Shown in pieces: positions 20,479-32,330 of a stretch of DNA of 40,655 bases (the stretch's first letter is position 1; each line of letters starts with the position of its first letter). The stretch is from Octopus sinensis (Eukaryota). Below the pieces are notes generated by a model. That model worked only from the letters and a program-made list of their open reading frames with translations. It had not been told where the DNA came from and searched no databases. The stretch spans positions 1 through 40,655 of the forward strand of contig NW_021835363.1 in assembly GCF_006345805.1 (NCBI RefSeq), written 5' to 3'. The translations under genes and the position numbers were made by a program.

Positions 20479-22385
20479 TTAAAATAAAAGATGGTCCGTT
20501 GTCTTCTGCTGAACCGGGGTCATCCCTTGTCCCTAGGGTTACAGCAGGTCCTCATCTCATGGAGACTACACGGTGTAAAATGTGTGCGGAACCTAGCAAC
20601 ACTATCTTCTGAAGTTCTCCCACGTTGACACTGCAAGGCCCTTTTTAATTAGCCCTAACACTCCAATCACCACTGGTGCTGTGCTGCTTTTCATTCCCCA
20701 CATCTTTGTCACTTCTATTTCTAGGTCTTTGTATTTAAATAACTTCTCAGCTTCTTTAATTGACTCATTTCTCTCTGATGGTACTGCCACATCTATCATT
20801 AAGCAATTCTTATTCTTCCCATCTTTGATGATTATGTCCGGCCTGTTTGCCTTGATTTCTTTGTCGGTGTTGATTGGCATGTTCCAGAGTACTGTTACAT
20901 CATCTTTTCCGGTCACAGGTTCAGGTTTATGCTGGTACCATCTTTCTGAATTTGGAAGCTGGTAGTGTTTACATATCTTCCAATGGATATATTGCGCTAC
21001 TCTATCGTGTCTATGAATATATTCGGTTTTTGCAAGCGCTGTCCATCCAGTTAAGATGTGGTCCACTGTTTCATCCTGCTCATGACACATTCTGCATTTC
21101 GGGTCAGTGCCATCGTTCATTATTTTGTTGTGGTAAGCTCTTGTTGCCAAACTTTGATCTTATGCTGCTATGATAAAACCTTCGGTTTCAGCCTTCAGTC
21201 CTGAGCTCTTCATCCATACAGGAGTGTCTCGTTTTTCTACGTCTGGTTTGTTCACTCTACATGGGTATCGGCCATGCATCGGTTTTTCTAGCCATTCTTA
21301 TTTGCTCTTCTTCTGGGCTTGTTTTTTCATCTCTTCCTTAACTCCTTTAGCAAACTGGGTTACTTTCTCACTCGCCTTCATCCTAAGTTCCTCCATCATC
21401 AGTTGCATCTTAAACTGTACAGATTCTTTGTATACCAAGTACAGCTTCTTTGCTTTATCATGCTGGTGCACAAGCTTCATTAGAGGATCCTTTGACAGCT
21501 CAAGATATGTATTTAATCCTACAGCGGTGGCTTTGTAAGATAATTCTAATTGAGTTAGTCATGTTCCTTCCATGCTTCTCGGTAAATAAATCCTGTTCAC
21601 GTCCGCTTTTGGGTGGTTCATTCGAGCCATGGTTAGTAGTTTTCTGGTCCTGGAGTCTAGCTTTTTTCTTTCGTTCATTTACCAGTTGATTATGTTCAAA
21701 CTGTAAGCTACGATTGGTACTGCAAGAGTGTTAATGGCTTCTATTTTGTTTGCAGCATTGAGTTCAGTCTTTGTTACTAACCATACTCTCCTGTAGTACT
21801 ATTTTCTAATCTTCTCTTTCATCGCTGAATGTTTTATGTCGTTACTTTCGTCTCTGTCAATGTATTTATATGCTTCTTCCTGGTCCAGTGCTCGGATTCT
21901 TGCTTCTGTATCTACGTGGATATCCGCAGAACATGCCAGTTTCCCTCTTATGAAAGTGGCTTTCGCGCATTTTTCCAGTCCAAACTGCATCCTGATATTC
22001 TTCCCCGAACTTTTTAACCGTAGCAAGTAGACCTTCTTGTTGTTCGTCATTTTTTTTGTGTACACTTTCAGATCATCCCTGTAGAACAGATGACTCCCTT
22101 TTTTCTTCTTGATCTCATATCCATACCCGGTTTTGTTGAGCATGGTACTTAATGGTGCCAGTACCAAGCAGAATATTAAGGGTGACAGCGAGTCCCCTTG
22201 GAAGATACCACTTTTGATTTTGATTGGTCCACTTGTTATTGATCTACTAGAATGATTCAGCATCAACGTAGTTTCCCATGTATTCATGTTGTGTTTCATA
22301 AACTTGATGAGAGTTGGGGATACTTTGTATACTTCCATCACTTTTAGAGTCCATGAGGTACACTATCGAACGCCTTTTTATAGTC
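20479..22385 (-). mobile_element. R4/Dong-like RLE non-LTR retrotransposon, 5'-truncated in the RT domain (subfamily 1), disrupted
   Basis: Starts at DYKKAFDSVPH (22385). RT motifs GIFQGDSLSPL and LFYRDDLKVY (YMDD decayed), then KPMHGRY, SSGLKAETEGFIIAA, the CCHC-like CRMCHEQDETVDHI, RHD and RLE ANRPDIII...IDVAVP...KYKDL, ending LQKIVLLGSAHILHRVVSMR* (stop 20552). Contains several stops and frameshifts. Confidence 0.93.
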
Positions 22386-22652
22386 GTTGTGTTCTTAAGC
22401 AAAACACTTCATTTCACATTGCTCCAGTCCACTCAGCTGGCAAAAATGAGTAACACTCCAATGAACTGGCGTCCCGTCTAGCTGGGGTACGCATACGCCA
22501 TTGAAACCGGGAAACATGGCCAATAAGCCTGGAGCAACGTGAAATGAAGTGTTTTGCTCAAGAACACAACGCGTCACCCAGTCCAGGAATCGAAACCAGG
22601 ATCTTACGATCATGATGATGACACCCTAACCACTAAGCCACGCGCCTCCACA
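22386..22652. mobile_element. Two opposed CORE-like SINE pieces (+ strand CORE/tail 22386-22528; - strand head/CORE 22529-22652)
   Basis: 42-bp inverted repeat, 22386-22427 versus 22529-22570, with 2 mismatches. Confidence 0.85.
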
Positions 22653-23033
22653 CACTAAGAAATAGCTGTCTTAATTAACAACATTTTCAGTTAATAAAAA
22701 GCATAGAAATGTGTGAGATATATTTGTACTAACTAAACTTGAAAAAATTGCTTTCTGCACAAGCTTTAAGTCAATTCTGTCTTTCTGTCTGCCTCCCTCA
22801 ATGTCTTGTCTTAAATAATAAAAAAAAAAGACTGTCTTCTGTGACAATCAATGTAAAACTGACGAAAAATATGTTGAAATGACGAGTTCAACTTCTGGTG
22901 ATATCATCTAGAAAGTAAATAACTGGTCTACCAAAATGACTGGACTTTGATACACCACACTCCTTTCTCTACCATTACCCGAGAAATTTATCTAAAAAAA
23001 TTTACGACGATGGTAAGAATAACTCATCACTTC

Positions 23034-23077
<44 letters not shown>

Positions 23078-23411
23078 GGGTGACTCCCTTCGGACATGAA
23101 TGGCCATGGGATCGCACCTAGAAAGTTACCCACCGAGGCACAAATCCTGGCCAGGTTGTTTATGGAAGACCAACAGTCGCCCATGCATACCAGCATCCCC
23201 TCTCCACGCCACCAATGTTATTCCAAGAGAAAGGCAAAGGAGCCCATACAGCTTGGCACCTGTGACATCACAACTCATTTCTACGGTTGAGTGAACTGGA
23301 GTAACATGAAATAAAGTGTCTTGTTCAAGAACGCAGCCCGGTCCGGAAATCGGACTCACAACCTCACGATCGTAAGCTCGACGTTCTAACCACTGAGCCA
23401 TGCGCCTTTAC
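23078..23411 (-). mobile_element. SINE family D embedded in (TAC)n repeats
   Basis: Reverse complement of 17777-18120; (TAC)n on both sides. Confidence 0.88.
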
Positions 23412-23574
23412 ACTACTACTACTACTACTATTACTACCACCACCACCACCACCACCACCACCACCACCATCACCACCATCACCACCACTTCTGCCACCTC
23501 CTCCGTCATCAGTACCACTACCACTGCTGTTGCCACCGCTACTATTGCTACTGCAAATACTGTTGCTTCTGCTG

Positions 23575-23615
<41 letters not shown>

Positions 23616-23724
23616 GCTGCTGCTGCTACTACTACTACTTCTGCTACTACCACTGCTGCTGCTACTACTACTGTTACAACTACTACTAATACTTCTGCTA
23701 CTACTACTGCTGCTGCTGCTGTTG

Positions 23725-23779
<55 letters not shown>

Positions 23780-23782
23780 AAC
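23412..23782. repeat. Compound trinucleotide tract (ACT/ACC/GCT)
   Basis: Direct reading; it produces the poly-Thr, poly-Ser and poly-Leu ORFs in the track. Confidence 0.9.
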
Positions 23783-24139
23783 AGTTGAATGCATCGTGCA
23801 TAGCATATCGTATTCTCAATTCAGTTCAAAACCAATCTTTATCTTTTCTCTTGATGTCTTCTTTTCCCTCGTCATTCATATTGTGTTTCCAGCTTTGATC
23901 CCAATGTCTGCTTTGTTCATATCTATCATTCAGTATTCTTTTCTTTTCTATCCGATTTTATTTATCTGAACTGGTTGGCTAAACACTAAATCAATCTCAG
24001 GCGTGGCTTCATATTTTTGTAATCTTTCACTTATTAATTTGTGGCCGGCCATTCTGGAGCGACTCTATGCAACATCTTTATTTTCAGCTCTGTACTTATT
24101 ATATTGAATACTAATTGTCGAACTGCTTAGACACGACAC

Positions 24140-24440
24140 GTATACAAAAAGAACATAATCATTGTAAACGCAGACACAGAGACACACATACACATACACA
24201 TACACACAAATACACACATACACACAAATACACACACAGACAAAACACACAAACACATACATACACACGCACAAACATACACACACATATAAATACGCAC
24301 ACACAAAAATATACACACACACAGAAACACACAAAGTCACACACGCAAACATACACAAGCACACAGACACACACATAAACATACGAACACACACACACAC
24401 ACACGCACACGCATACAAACTCACACCTACATTCACACAA
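24140..24440. repeat. Degenerate (CA)n-rich tract
   Basis: Direct reading. Confidence 0.9.
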
Positions 24441-24597
24441 GTATGAACGCTTCTGTACAATTTCAGTCTGCCAGATTTTACCTAATATGTTAAGAGGTTA
24501 TATGCCTCAAAATCTGAGCGGTGGGATTGAAACCAAACCCCTGCGGTAGCTAGGCAAACCTCTTGACTCAATCAGCCATCACTGCCGCTACCCTTGA

Positions 24598-25250
24598 TCT
24601 TTTATCTTTTACTTGTTTCATTTATAAAAAAGTGACTATGCAAGGGCACCGCCTTAAAATGTTTAGTCGAACAACACCCTCTCCCCTACATAGTACATTT
24701 TAAAATATGTTACTTATTCTCTCGGCCTCTTTGACCGATCCGCTAATGTTACGAGGACGCAAACAAGCCAACACCGGTTGTCAAGTGATGTTATGAAGGC
24801 AAACACAAAGGCACAACTACACGCACAAGAACATACAGACTCATATATACGACTGGTTTCTACAAAGTTTCTTATTTCTTTCTTGCCCACAAGGGGCAAA
24901 ACACAGAGGGGACAAACAAGGACAGACAAACGGATTAAGTCGATTATATCGACCCCAGTGCATAACTAGTACTTATTTAATCGACTCCGAAAGGATGAAA
25001 GGCAAAGTCGACCTCGGCGGAATTTGAACTCAGAACGTAGCGGCAGACGAAATACTGCTCAGCATTTCGCCCGGCGTGCTAATGTTTCTGCCAGCTCGCC
25101 GCCTTACACAGTTTCTGCCTACCAAATTCCCTCATAAAGCATTAATATTCTCGGGGCTGTAGTAGGCAGCATTTGCCCAAGGTGTGGCACAGTAAAATGT
25201 AAACCGGTACTACGCGGAAGCAAAGCAAATATCTTATTCAAACAAACATG
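24598..25250 (-). mobile_element. Old SINE family A interrupted by SINE B
   Basis: Tail part 24598-24872 and head part 25105-25250. Confidence 0.7.
24873..25104 (-). mobile_element. SINE family B monomer with 12-bp TSD
   Basis: tacaaagtttct (24861-24872) and tacacagtttct (25105-25116). Confidence 0.9.
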
Positions 25251-25494
25251 CTTGCGTCCATGTTCATTAATTCTTTTTTATCCCCTAATTGTTTTTGTGT
25301 GTAAAGGCACTTGGCCCAGTGGTTAGGGTGTTCAGTTCACTATTGTGCGGTCCCGAGTTTGATTCCCGGCGGTGCGTTCTGTTACTTGAGTATGACTTTG
25401 TTTCAGTCTCCTCGGCTAGCAAACATGAGTTGTACCTGTATTTCGAAGGGCCAGGTTTTTCACATTCTGTGTCACGGTGAATCTCCCTGCGAAC

Positions 25495-26341
25495 ATGTTG
25501 GCATCCTTATGTCTCGGGAGACAATGGAGTTGCACATAAACTAATCCAGTCTGGGTTTTACATTTCATGTCCTCTCCAGTTTCCTCTCCAGTTTTGCGCA
25601 GGCCTGGGCTAGATGTAAGAAAATCCTGGGTAGCCTAATCGTCAGGATTCTTCTCTTGACCTTACTGACGTGGTCCAAAGGAGTGCAGAGCATTACGTTT
25701 GGCACCAGCTTGGTTGCAGGAGCTGCTTGTTTGTTTGTTTGTTTGTTTGTTTGTTTGTTTGTTGAGCGAAGCGGTCTTCGTCCCGTCTGTAGTGGGAGAA
25801 GTACGAAACGTGGCCCTTTGCTTTTCGTAAGACCCGCAGAAAAGAAAGTAAGTCAACCCCAGACACCGAGAGCATCGACGGATGGATGAATGCGCATCCA
25901 GGCTCAGCGGTTGCGTAGGAAGTCGGGGACAAGAGACAGGAAGAAAGGGTGAGAGAAAGTTGAAGCGAAAGAGTACAACAGGGGTCGCCACCCCACCCCC
26001 TGCCGGAGCCTCGTGGAGCTTTAGGTGTTTTCGCTCAATAAACACACACACAACGCGCGATCTGGGAATCGAAACCACGATCCTCCGACCGCGAGTCCGC
26101 TGCCCTAACCACTGGGCCATTGCGCCTCCACTGCAGAAGCTGCTGGAAGAGTGTCAAGTCGAACGCTAAACCACCTGCGGGGCTCCACGCCGGATTTCTT
26201 TGCATGTTGTCTCCTTTGCGTAATCCTGGATAGGGGCCCATACTGGGTACTGTCAGCCGGAGCCAGCTGAGCCCGGGACTCGTGTCAGGCAGGGTCATCA
26301 CTCCCTGAAGTAGTGAAGAAAACCACTACCCACTACCTACA
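25495..26341 (-). mobile_element. Non-autonomous RTE-derived element (5' UTR-like part plus RTE 3' tail), itself interrupted
   Basis: 12-bp TSD with 1 mismatch. The minus strand ends ccattgtctcccgagacataaggatgccaac, which I recall as an RTE-type 3' terminus. About 430 bp after removing the inner SINE. Confidence 0.65.
25728..26131 (-). mobile_element. SINE with family C head/body, a different tail and an (AAAC)n end
   Basis: TSD tgcaggagctgct (25715-25727) and tgcagaagctgct (26132-26144). Confidence 0.88.
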
Positions 26342-27490
26342 CTCCTTGCGAACTACGTTAAAGATATGAGTGTCTGTGGACTGCTCAGCCACTTGCATGT
26401 TAATTTCACACGCAGGTTGTTGAGTTAATCTGATCAACTGGAGCACTCGTCGTCGTAACTGACGGAGAACCAGTTAGTTACTTGCTTTTGTCATTGCACC
26501 GTTTAGTAAGTGTGTATTTGTGCCTCTGTGCAAGTCATAATTTATTTCTACATTATCTCACGTTTACAATGTCATACCGACAGAGCGGCTGGATTATCTC
26601 ATAGTTGACAGGAGCATGTTGCCTTTTATATATTTATATTCTGTCATTGACAGATAGGGTTCTCTTTCACTTTAACGCCTGCGCCATAAGCCGTAGCTCA
26701 ACTGATTATTTTACCTGTGAAAAGATATTTAAATTTAATTCATGTACAACACTGAAGCCTCGTTCTATTTTGAAATTCATTTCTTCGTCTTGAATATATT
26801 AATAAGATTTTACCCTACCCTTCTGACATTTGATAACTTTCTACGATTCAACAAATACTGACAATTGATAAAAACGAACTGGTTTCGCAGTATCAAGAGT
26901 ATAACATCGCCAGAAGTGATAACAACCATTTCATTGAAACCTTGTGGCCAATTGTTTGCTTATAAATTATGAAAGAGCTTTCCCAATCGATTTATATAAG
27001 GCAAAAATGTATTCAACAAGAGAAGAACTGACGAGAAAACATTCTGAATGGAGTATGGGATGTGCGAAAGAGAAAAAAAAGGAAAGATAATTCTGTTTAA
27101 AACAAAGCCATGCTGCCTGAAGTAAAATGTACAGATATTATGAAGTGAGTGTATCAGATGTTTAAGTGTATAATTTTCTCACTGCTGCTGTTATAAATGG
27201 CGAAAGTAGCAGCTTGTGGAATTGTTATTGAATGGCTTATAAAGATCTGATTTTTCACCATCAGCGTTGACGTATTATTTCTGAGGTACAAGTCCTTGAA
27301 AAAGAGCATTCCAAGAAAACACTATTTGCTTCTGTTTATTTTAACATCAATGTATATGTACAATAAAAACTTAAACACAAGAAAATATAGATATCTCAAA
27401 TGTTAGGATTGGAAGCTAAAAGAAACCGTTGATTAATAGATATAAAAAACCTAAGTGATGAAAAAAAAAAGGTATCGGAGGGGTGATGTA

Positions 27491-27822
27491 TACCCTGTGC
27501 GCAAGAATAAAATAAAATTTGATTTAATAAATATATTCTCGGACGAATTCATATTAAAAAAAAGACATCAAGAGTTATTTCCCCTGCTTATCGTTTGTGC
27601 ATATGTAACAAAGAAACAATACACATTTTTATTCACCAGTTCGACAGTTTTAAAGATAATCAAACCAAAGTTTAATGATTTTGAGCCACTTACCCAGTAA
27701 GTATTTCTGCCAAATTTAGTGAAAATCTGTTCAGCCGTTTTCCAATAATTTTATAAACACACAGACAAGCAATCTAAGACGAGCGACTACAATACTCTGC
27801 TTTCGCTTACGCGCACAGGGTA
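27491..27822. mobile_element. Non-autonomous DNA element with 12-bp inverted termini (DINE-1/Helentron-associated-like)
   Basis: taccctgtgcgc (27491) and gcgcacagggta (27811). The internal aaatttagtgaaaatctgttcagccgttt...acacagacaagc segment resembles such elements. Confidence 0.5.
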
Positions 27823-28940
27823 AATATAATAAAAGACATACTTATAAATACATTAAGGGAAATAATTGTCTTCATCTCTTTTAATTTACAGCCGATATCA
27901 AACATTAAACAGAACATCAGGGATATTCAGATGATAGTATTGTTAACTACTCTTAGTAAAATTTGAAACTATATCAAAACGAAATGAAATACACGATAGA
28001 GTTGTGTTTAATTATAAAGGAAAAGAAAGCACAAAAGATCTATTAAAAGAATGACAAACTACAAATAAAAATAACGGGGAAGATACTGATGATGATGATA
28101 AAATAAATAACAGAAAGTGATATATAAGAGAAAATAAATGAATGAATAAAGTAACAGAATGATAAATAAAATATAACTTGGCTACTCAAGAAAGTTTCTT
28201 AAGTATTGAATAAAAAAAGAGCAATGTTTATAATAGATTATAAACAAAATACAAATTGTTGCTGAAAGAGAAAGAAAATAAGAAGTGTTGCTTAATAGTG
28301 GATAAGTATACATAAAAACAGAATGCTTTTTGAAGTTTGAAAACAACAAAGAAGTTTGTAGAAGTTAGTGAAAATAAGCAAGTAATTGTGTATACCGCTA
28401 GATCAAAACAATAGTAGTCACACAGTGGGTGGAAAGAAGCTGAAATTATAAAAGGTATACTGATTGGATAGAGATAATGGTGACAGAGTTCCAATACGAA
28501 ACGAAGCACAGCGGGATCAAATCTATTTTGTGAAAAATAATGTGTAGAAGTAAATAACAGGAGGAATAAAGAAAAATATCAAACTGGAAGACTTCAAGAC
28601 CAAACCACTGAATTTCTAGTATTAAAACTTCGCCATTATGTATTACCACATGATAAAATATCTTTCTCGATGTCTTGCATCAGATGTGACAGCATGAATG
28701 GAAAGAAAAAAAGGAAATCTCTAGATTGTGAGAAAAGAACACAAAAAAATTAAATGAAATAGCTACAGGCCTGTCACGTGTTTACAGTTAAGATTATAAA
28801 CTATTTCTATAAGAGGTGCCTGAACACTCGTCTATACTGATGGGAGGCCGGTTTATAAGCGAGGTGAGTCATTATGTTAAATCTACATGAAACCATCTGA
28901 GATCAAATAGAAGGTTAACTAATGACTAAGCTTCTGAAAA

Positions 28941-29363
28941 GGGATCTTTTCGGTTTGAACGGCAGTTTTTAACATAATTTCTAGGTATCTAAAAAATATT
29001 AAACTTCGTATACTGGTAGAATGTGTTTATAAAACATCTTTTTCTCTTAGTTTTATTGAGAAAATTCTATAGTTTGTAAGATATTTGTTGTTTTTTTTCT
29101 CCAATTTCTGCAATTTCAACCAATCACTGACGTCTATTGAGGTAAAAAAAAACATTCTGTGCCGTGTGAATATATCCCTCGTTTAAGAAACAGATTAGGT
29201 TTATTTACATTTGTGAAGAAAAAAAAGATACCCCTCCCTCCACCCCTAACTCTAACCCTAAAACAGATTTAAATGCAATAGATCGATACTAGGGTCATAA
29301 TAATGGGTGACAATTTCATATGACACCGCTAGAAAAAACTGCCGTTCAAACCGAAAAGATCCC
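28941..29363. mobile_element. MITE with perfect 30-bp TIRs
   Basis: gggatcttttcggtttgaacggcagttttt at both ends, inverted; flanked by tgaaaa on both sides. Confidence 0.9.
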
Positions 29364-29682
29364 TGAAAAGTGTTGACGTGAAGAAAGTGACGAGTCGGCT
29401 GAGAATATCTCTGTTGGTTTACCCGACATCAATCGTTGCTCTGAGGAACGTAGACCATGGTAGGTGAGACAGAAGAAACATAGATGAAGCGCTTTGATAA
29501 TGACTAACCCAATTACGTTTCAGATATTGTAGTGAGTGTAAAATAAAACGATTGTTGATAACATCACAAGGTTTGCATTTATTAGGAATGAAATTCCTGC
29601 ACGGAGAGAGATAAAAGTGAAATACTGATGAAGTTGGTAATTTAGCAGATTGCTCAGCGACATACTGCTTGAGAATAGGAGG

Positions 29683-30014
29683 AGACCTCCTTCGGTCATG
29701 ATTGACCATGGGATTGCACCTTGAAAGTTACCCTCCGAGGCACAAGTCAGGGCAAGATTGTTTGTGGAAGGCTAGCAGTCGCCCATGCATACTGGCGTCC
29801 CTTCTCCACGCCACGGATGTTATCCAAGGGAAAGGCAAAGTCGGATACAACTTGGCACCAGTGATGTCGCAGCTCATTTCTACAGCTGAGTTAAGTGGAG
29901 AAACATGAAATAAAGTGTCTTGCTGAAGAACACAACACATAGCCCGGTCCAGGAATCGAACTCACAACCTCACGATCGTAAGCTCTACGCTCTAATCACT
30001 GAGCCATGCGCCCT
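29683..30014 (-). mobile_element. SINE family D, full length
   Basis: Reverse complement of 17777-18120. Confidence 0.88.
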
Positions 30015-30468
30015 GCGGTATTTGACAGACAAAAAATGCATCATTTATGGTTCAGGTGATAATTCTATCTGAGTCGTAGTTTTGGGTAAACCTCCCTACC
30101 TTGAAGAATGGGCGATGTTTTTCAAACACTGTAAACCCTTTCTGGATCTGAAATAATTTAGAACAACTACGATTGAAGCACTGAGGTCTTAGGGTTCACT
30201 ATTGTGGCTATTTGAAGGATATTAATGGAAAATGTATAGACGTTGTTTCAGTCACTCTCAGCTTGTTTCAGGTTCTCGCAGCTCAAAGATCAAACATAAT
30301 CATTACCAGTGGTAGTTTGCAAATTAGCGCAACTTCGAGCGGCAATGTGGCTTTGGTGAAGGAGGTATTTAGTGTTGCAATTAGTTGTACATAGCCTATG
30401 GGTGTGTGTTGTAATTAGATGACAAGGAAGCAGAACACTGCTGTAAATTAAACAGTATATGGATTTCA

Positions 30469-30886
30469 AAGGGCGGCGAGCTGGCAGAAACGTTAGCACG
30501 CCGGGCGAAATGCTTAGCGGTATTTCGTCTGCCGTTACGTTGCGAGTTCAAATTCCGCCGAGGTCGACTTTGCCTTTCATCCTTTCGGGGTTTATAAATT
30601 AAGTACCAGTTATGCACTGGGGTCGATGTAATCGACTTAATACCTATATCTGTCCTTGTTTGTCCCCTCTGTGTTTAGCCCCTTGTGGGTAATAAAGAAA
30701 TAGGTATTTCGTCTGCCGTTACGTTGCGAGTTCAAATTCCGCCGAGGTCGACTTTGCCTTTCATCCTTTCGGGGTCGATAAATTAAGTACCAGTTACGCA
30801 CTGGGGTCGATGTAATCGACTTAATCCGCTTGTCTGTCCTTGTTTGTCCCCTCTGTGTTTAGTACCTTGTGGGTAATAAAGAAATA
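30469..30886 (+). mobile_element. SINE family B dimer with 15-bp TSD
   Basis: agtatatggatttca at 30454-30468 and 30887-30901. Confidence 0.93.
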
Positions 30887-30949
30887 AGTATATGGATTTC
30901 ATTCTCGTGAGCTCCGCCAGTTTGAAGATTTCAAAATGGTAACCTAGTC

Positions 30950-31137
30950 CAGTAGTTCCCAATCTTTTTAGAGTCGCGACCCACTATTTATCACACCAGT
31001 TTATGACGACCCACTTATAAATCTCGATAGACAGCAGTTAATCAAAGCTAATGCGTAATTTTATAACTCTTTTCGACCCACTAAGATTCTGTTTGCGACC
31101 CATCTGTGGGTCGCGACTCATAGTTTGGGAACCACTG
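30950..31137. mobile_element. hAT-type (Charlie-like) MITE
   Basis: TIRs cagtagttcccaa and ttgggaaccactg (12/13 match); 8-bp TSD acctagtc and acttagtc. Confidence 0.85.
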
Positions 31138-31361
31138 ACTTAGTCGCTGTAGTGGGTGTTCAGTATAGTGCAGAAACAGCGCTGGTGTAAGCAATAAAGT
31201 GGTCGTAAATGGTAGCCTCATTTAGCTAACGACTTGGAAATATACCGGAGGACGCTCAGTATAACGGTTTTTGCACGCACTGTCCCATGTGCTTAGGTGA
31301 TTGCCGTTTTAAACACTTCTAATACACAGTTTACTGACTGCAGTATTTGCTTTCGCCAATC

Positions 31362-31772
31362 CTTTACTCTTTTACTTGTTTCAGTCATTTGACTGCGGCC
31401 ATGCTGGAGCACCGCCTTTAGTCGAGCAAATCGACCCTGGGACTTATTCTTTGTAAGCCCAGTACTTATTCTATCGGTCTCTTTTGCCAAACCGCTAAGT
31501 GATAGGGACGTAAACACACCAGCATCGGTTGTCAAGCAATGCTAGGGGGACAAACACAGACACTCAACACACATATATATATATATATATATGTATGTAT
31601 ACAAATATACGACAGGCTTCTTTCAGTTTCCGTCTACCAAATCCACTCACAAGGCATTGGTCGGCCCGAGGCTATAGCAGAAGACACTTGCCCAAGATGC
31701 CACGCAGTGGGACTGAACCCGGAACCATGTGGTTGGTGAGCAAGCTACTTACCACACAGCCACTCCTGCGCC
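31362..31772 (-). mobile_element. SINE family A, full length, young
   Basis: Complete head, CORE-like segment, microsatellite and tail on the minus strand. Confidence 0.92.
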
Positions 31773-31907
31773 TTTGTCAACGTCATTCTAAATTTTCACA
31801 GCAATCAAAATCAGGCACACAAGATAGCGTAAACAGGTGGATTGCCTTCTCTGCCTCTTGTTGGTGGCAATACAGACAGGATAATATATCTTACTGGCAA
31901 TATATCT

Positions 31908-32330
31908 TAAGGCGGCGAGCTGGCAGAATCGTTAGCACGTCGGGCGAAATGCTTAGCGGTATTTCGTCTGGTGTTACGTTCTGAGTTCAAATTCCGCCGA
32001 GGTCAACTTTGCCTTTCATCCTTTCGGGGTCGATAAATAAAGTACTAGTTAGGCACTGGGGTCGATATAATCGACTTAATCCGTTTGTCTGTCCTTGTTT
32101 GTTCCTTCTGTGTTTAGCCCCTTGAGGGTAGTAAAGAAATAAAAATAGGTATTTCGTCTGTCGTTATGTTCTGAGTTCAAATTCCGCCGAGGTCGACTTT
32201 GCCTTTCATCATTTCGGGGTCGATAAATTAAGTACCAGTTACGCACTGTTTTCGAGTAATCGACTTAACACACTTGTCTGTCCTTGTTTGTCCCCTCTAT
32301 GTTTAGCCCCTTGTGGGCAATAAAGAAATA
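31908..32330 (+). mobile_element. SINE family B dimer
   Basis: Same two-unit structure as other dimers. Flanking duplication aggataatatatcttactg at 31878 and 32330. Confidence 0.9.

Larger units (their letters stand above)
25305..26472 (+). mobile_element. Old family C-related SINE split by a nested insertion (25305-25494 and 26342-26472)
   Basis: The body breaks at ctccctgcgaac and resumes ctccttgcgaactacgttaa, the continuous sequence in other family C copies. Confidence 0.75.

Noticed and set aside
23400-23969. 189-aa Thr/Ala-rich mucin-like ORF, with poly-Ser and poly-Val ORFs on the other strand
   Set aside because: It starts inside a SINE head and consists of trinucleotide repeats that are open in most frames. 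It has no signal peptide or splice context.
28813-28862. Plus-strand exon candidates (about 28813-28862 with GTGAGT donor; about 30270-30362)
   Set aside because: Splice signals are plausible but I found no homology or frame-consistent chain, so they cannot be separated from chance.
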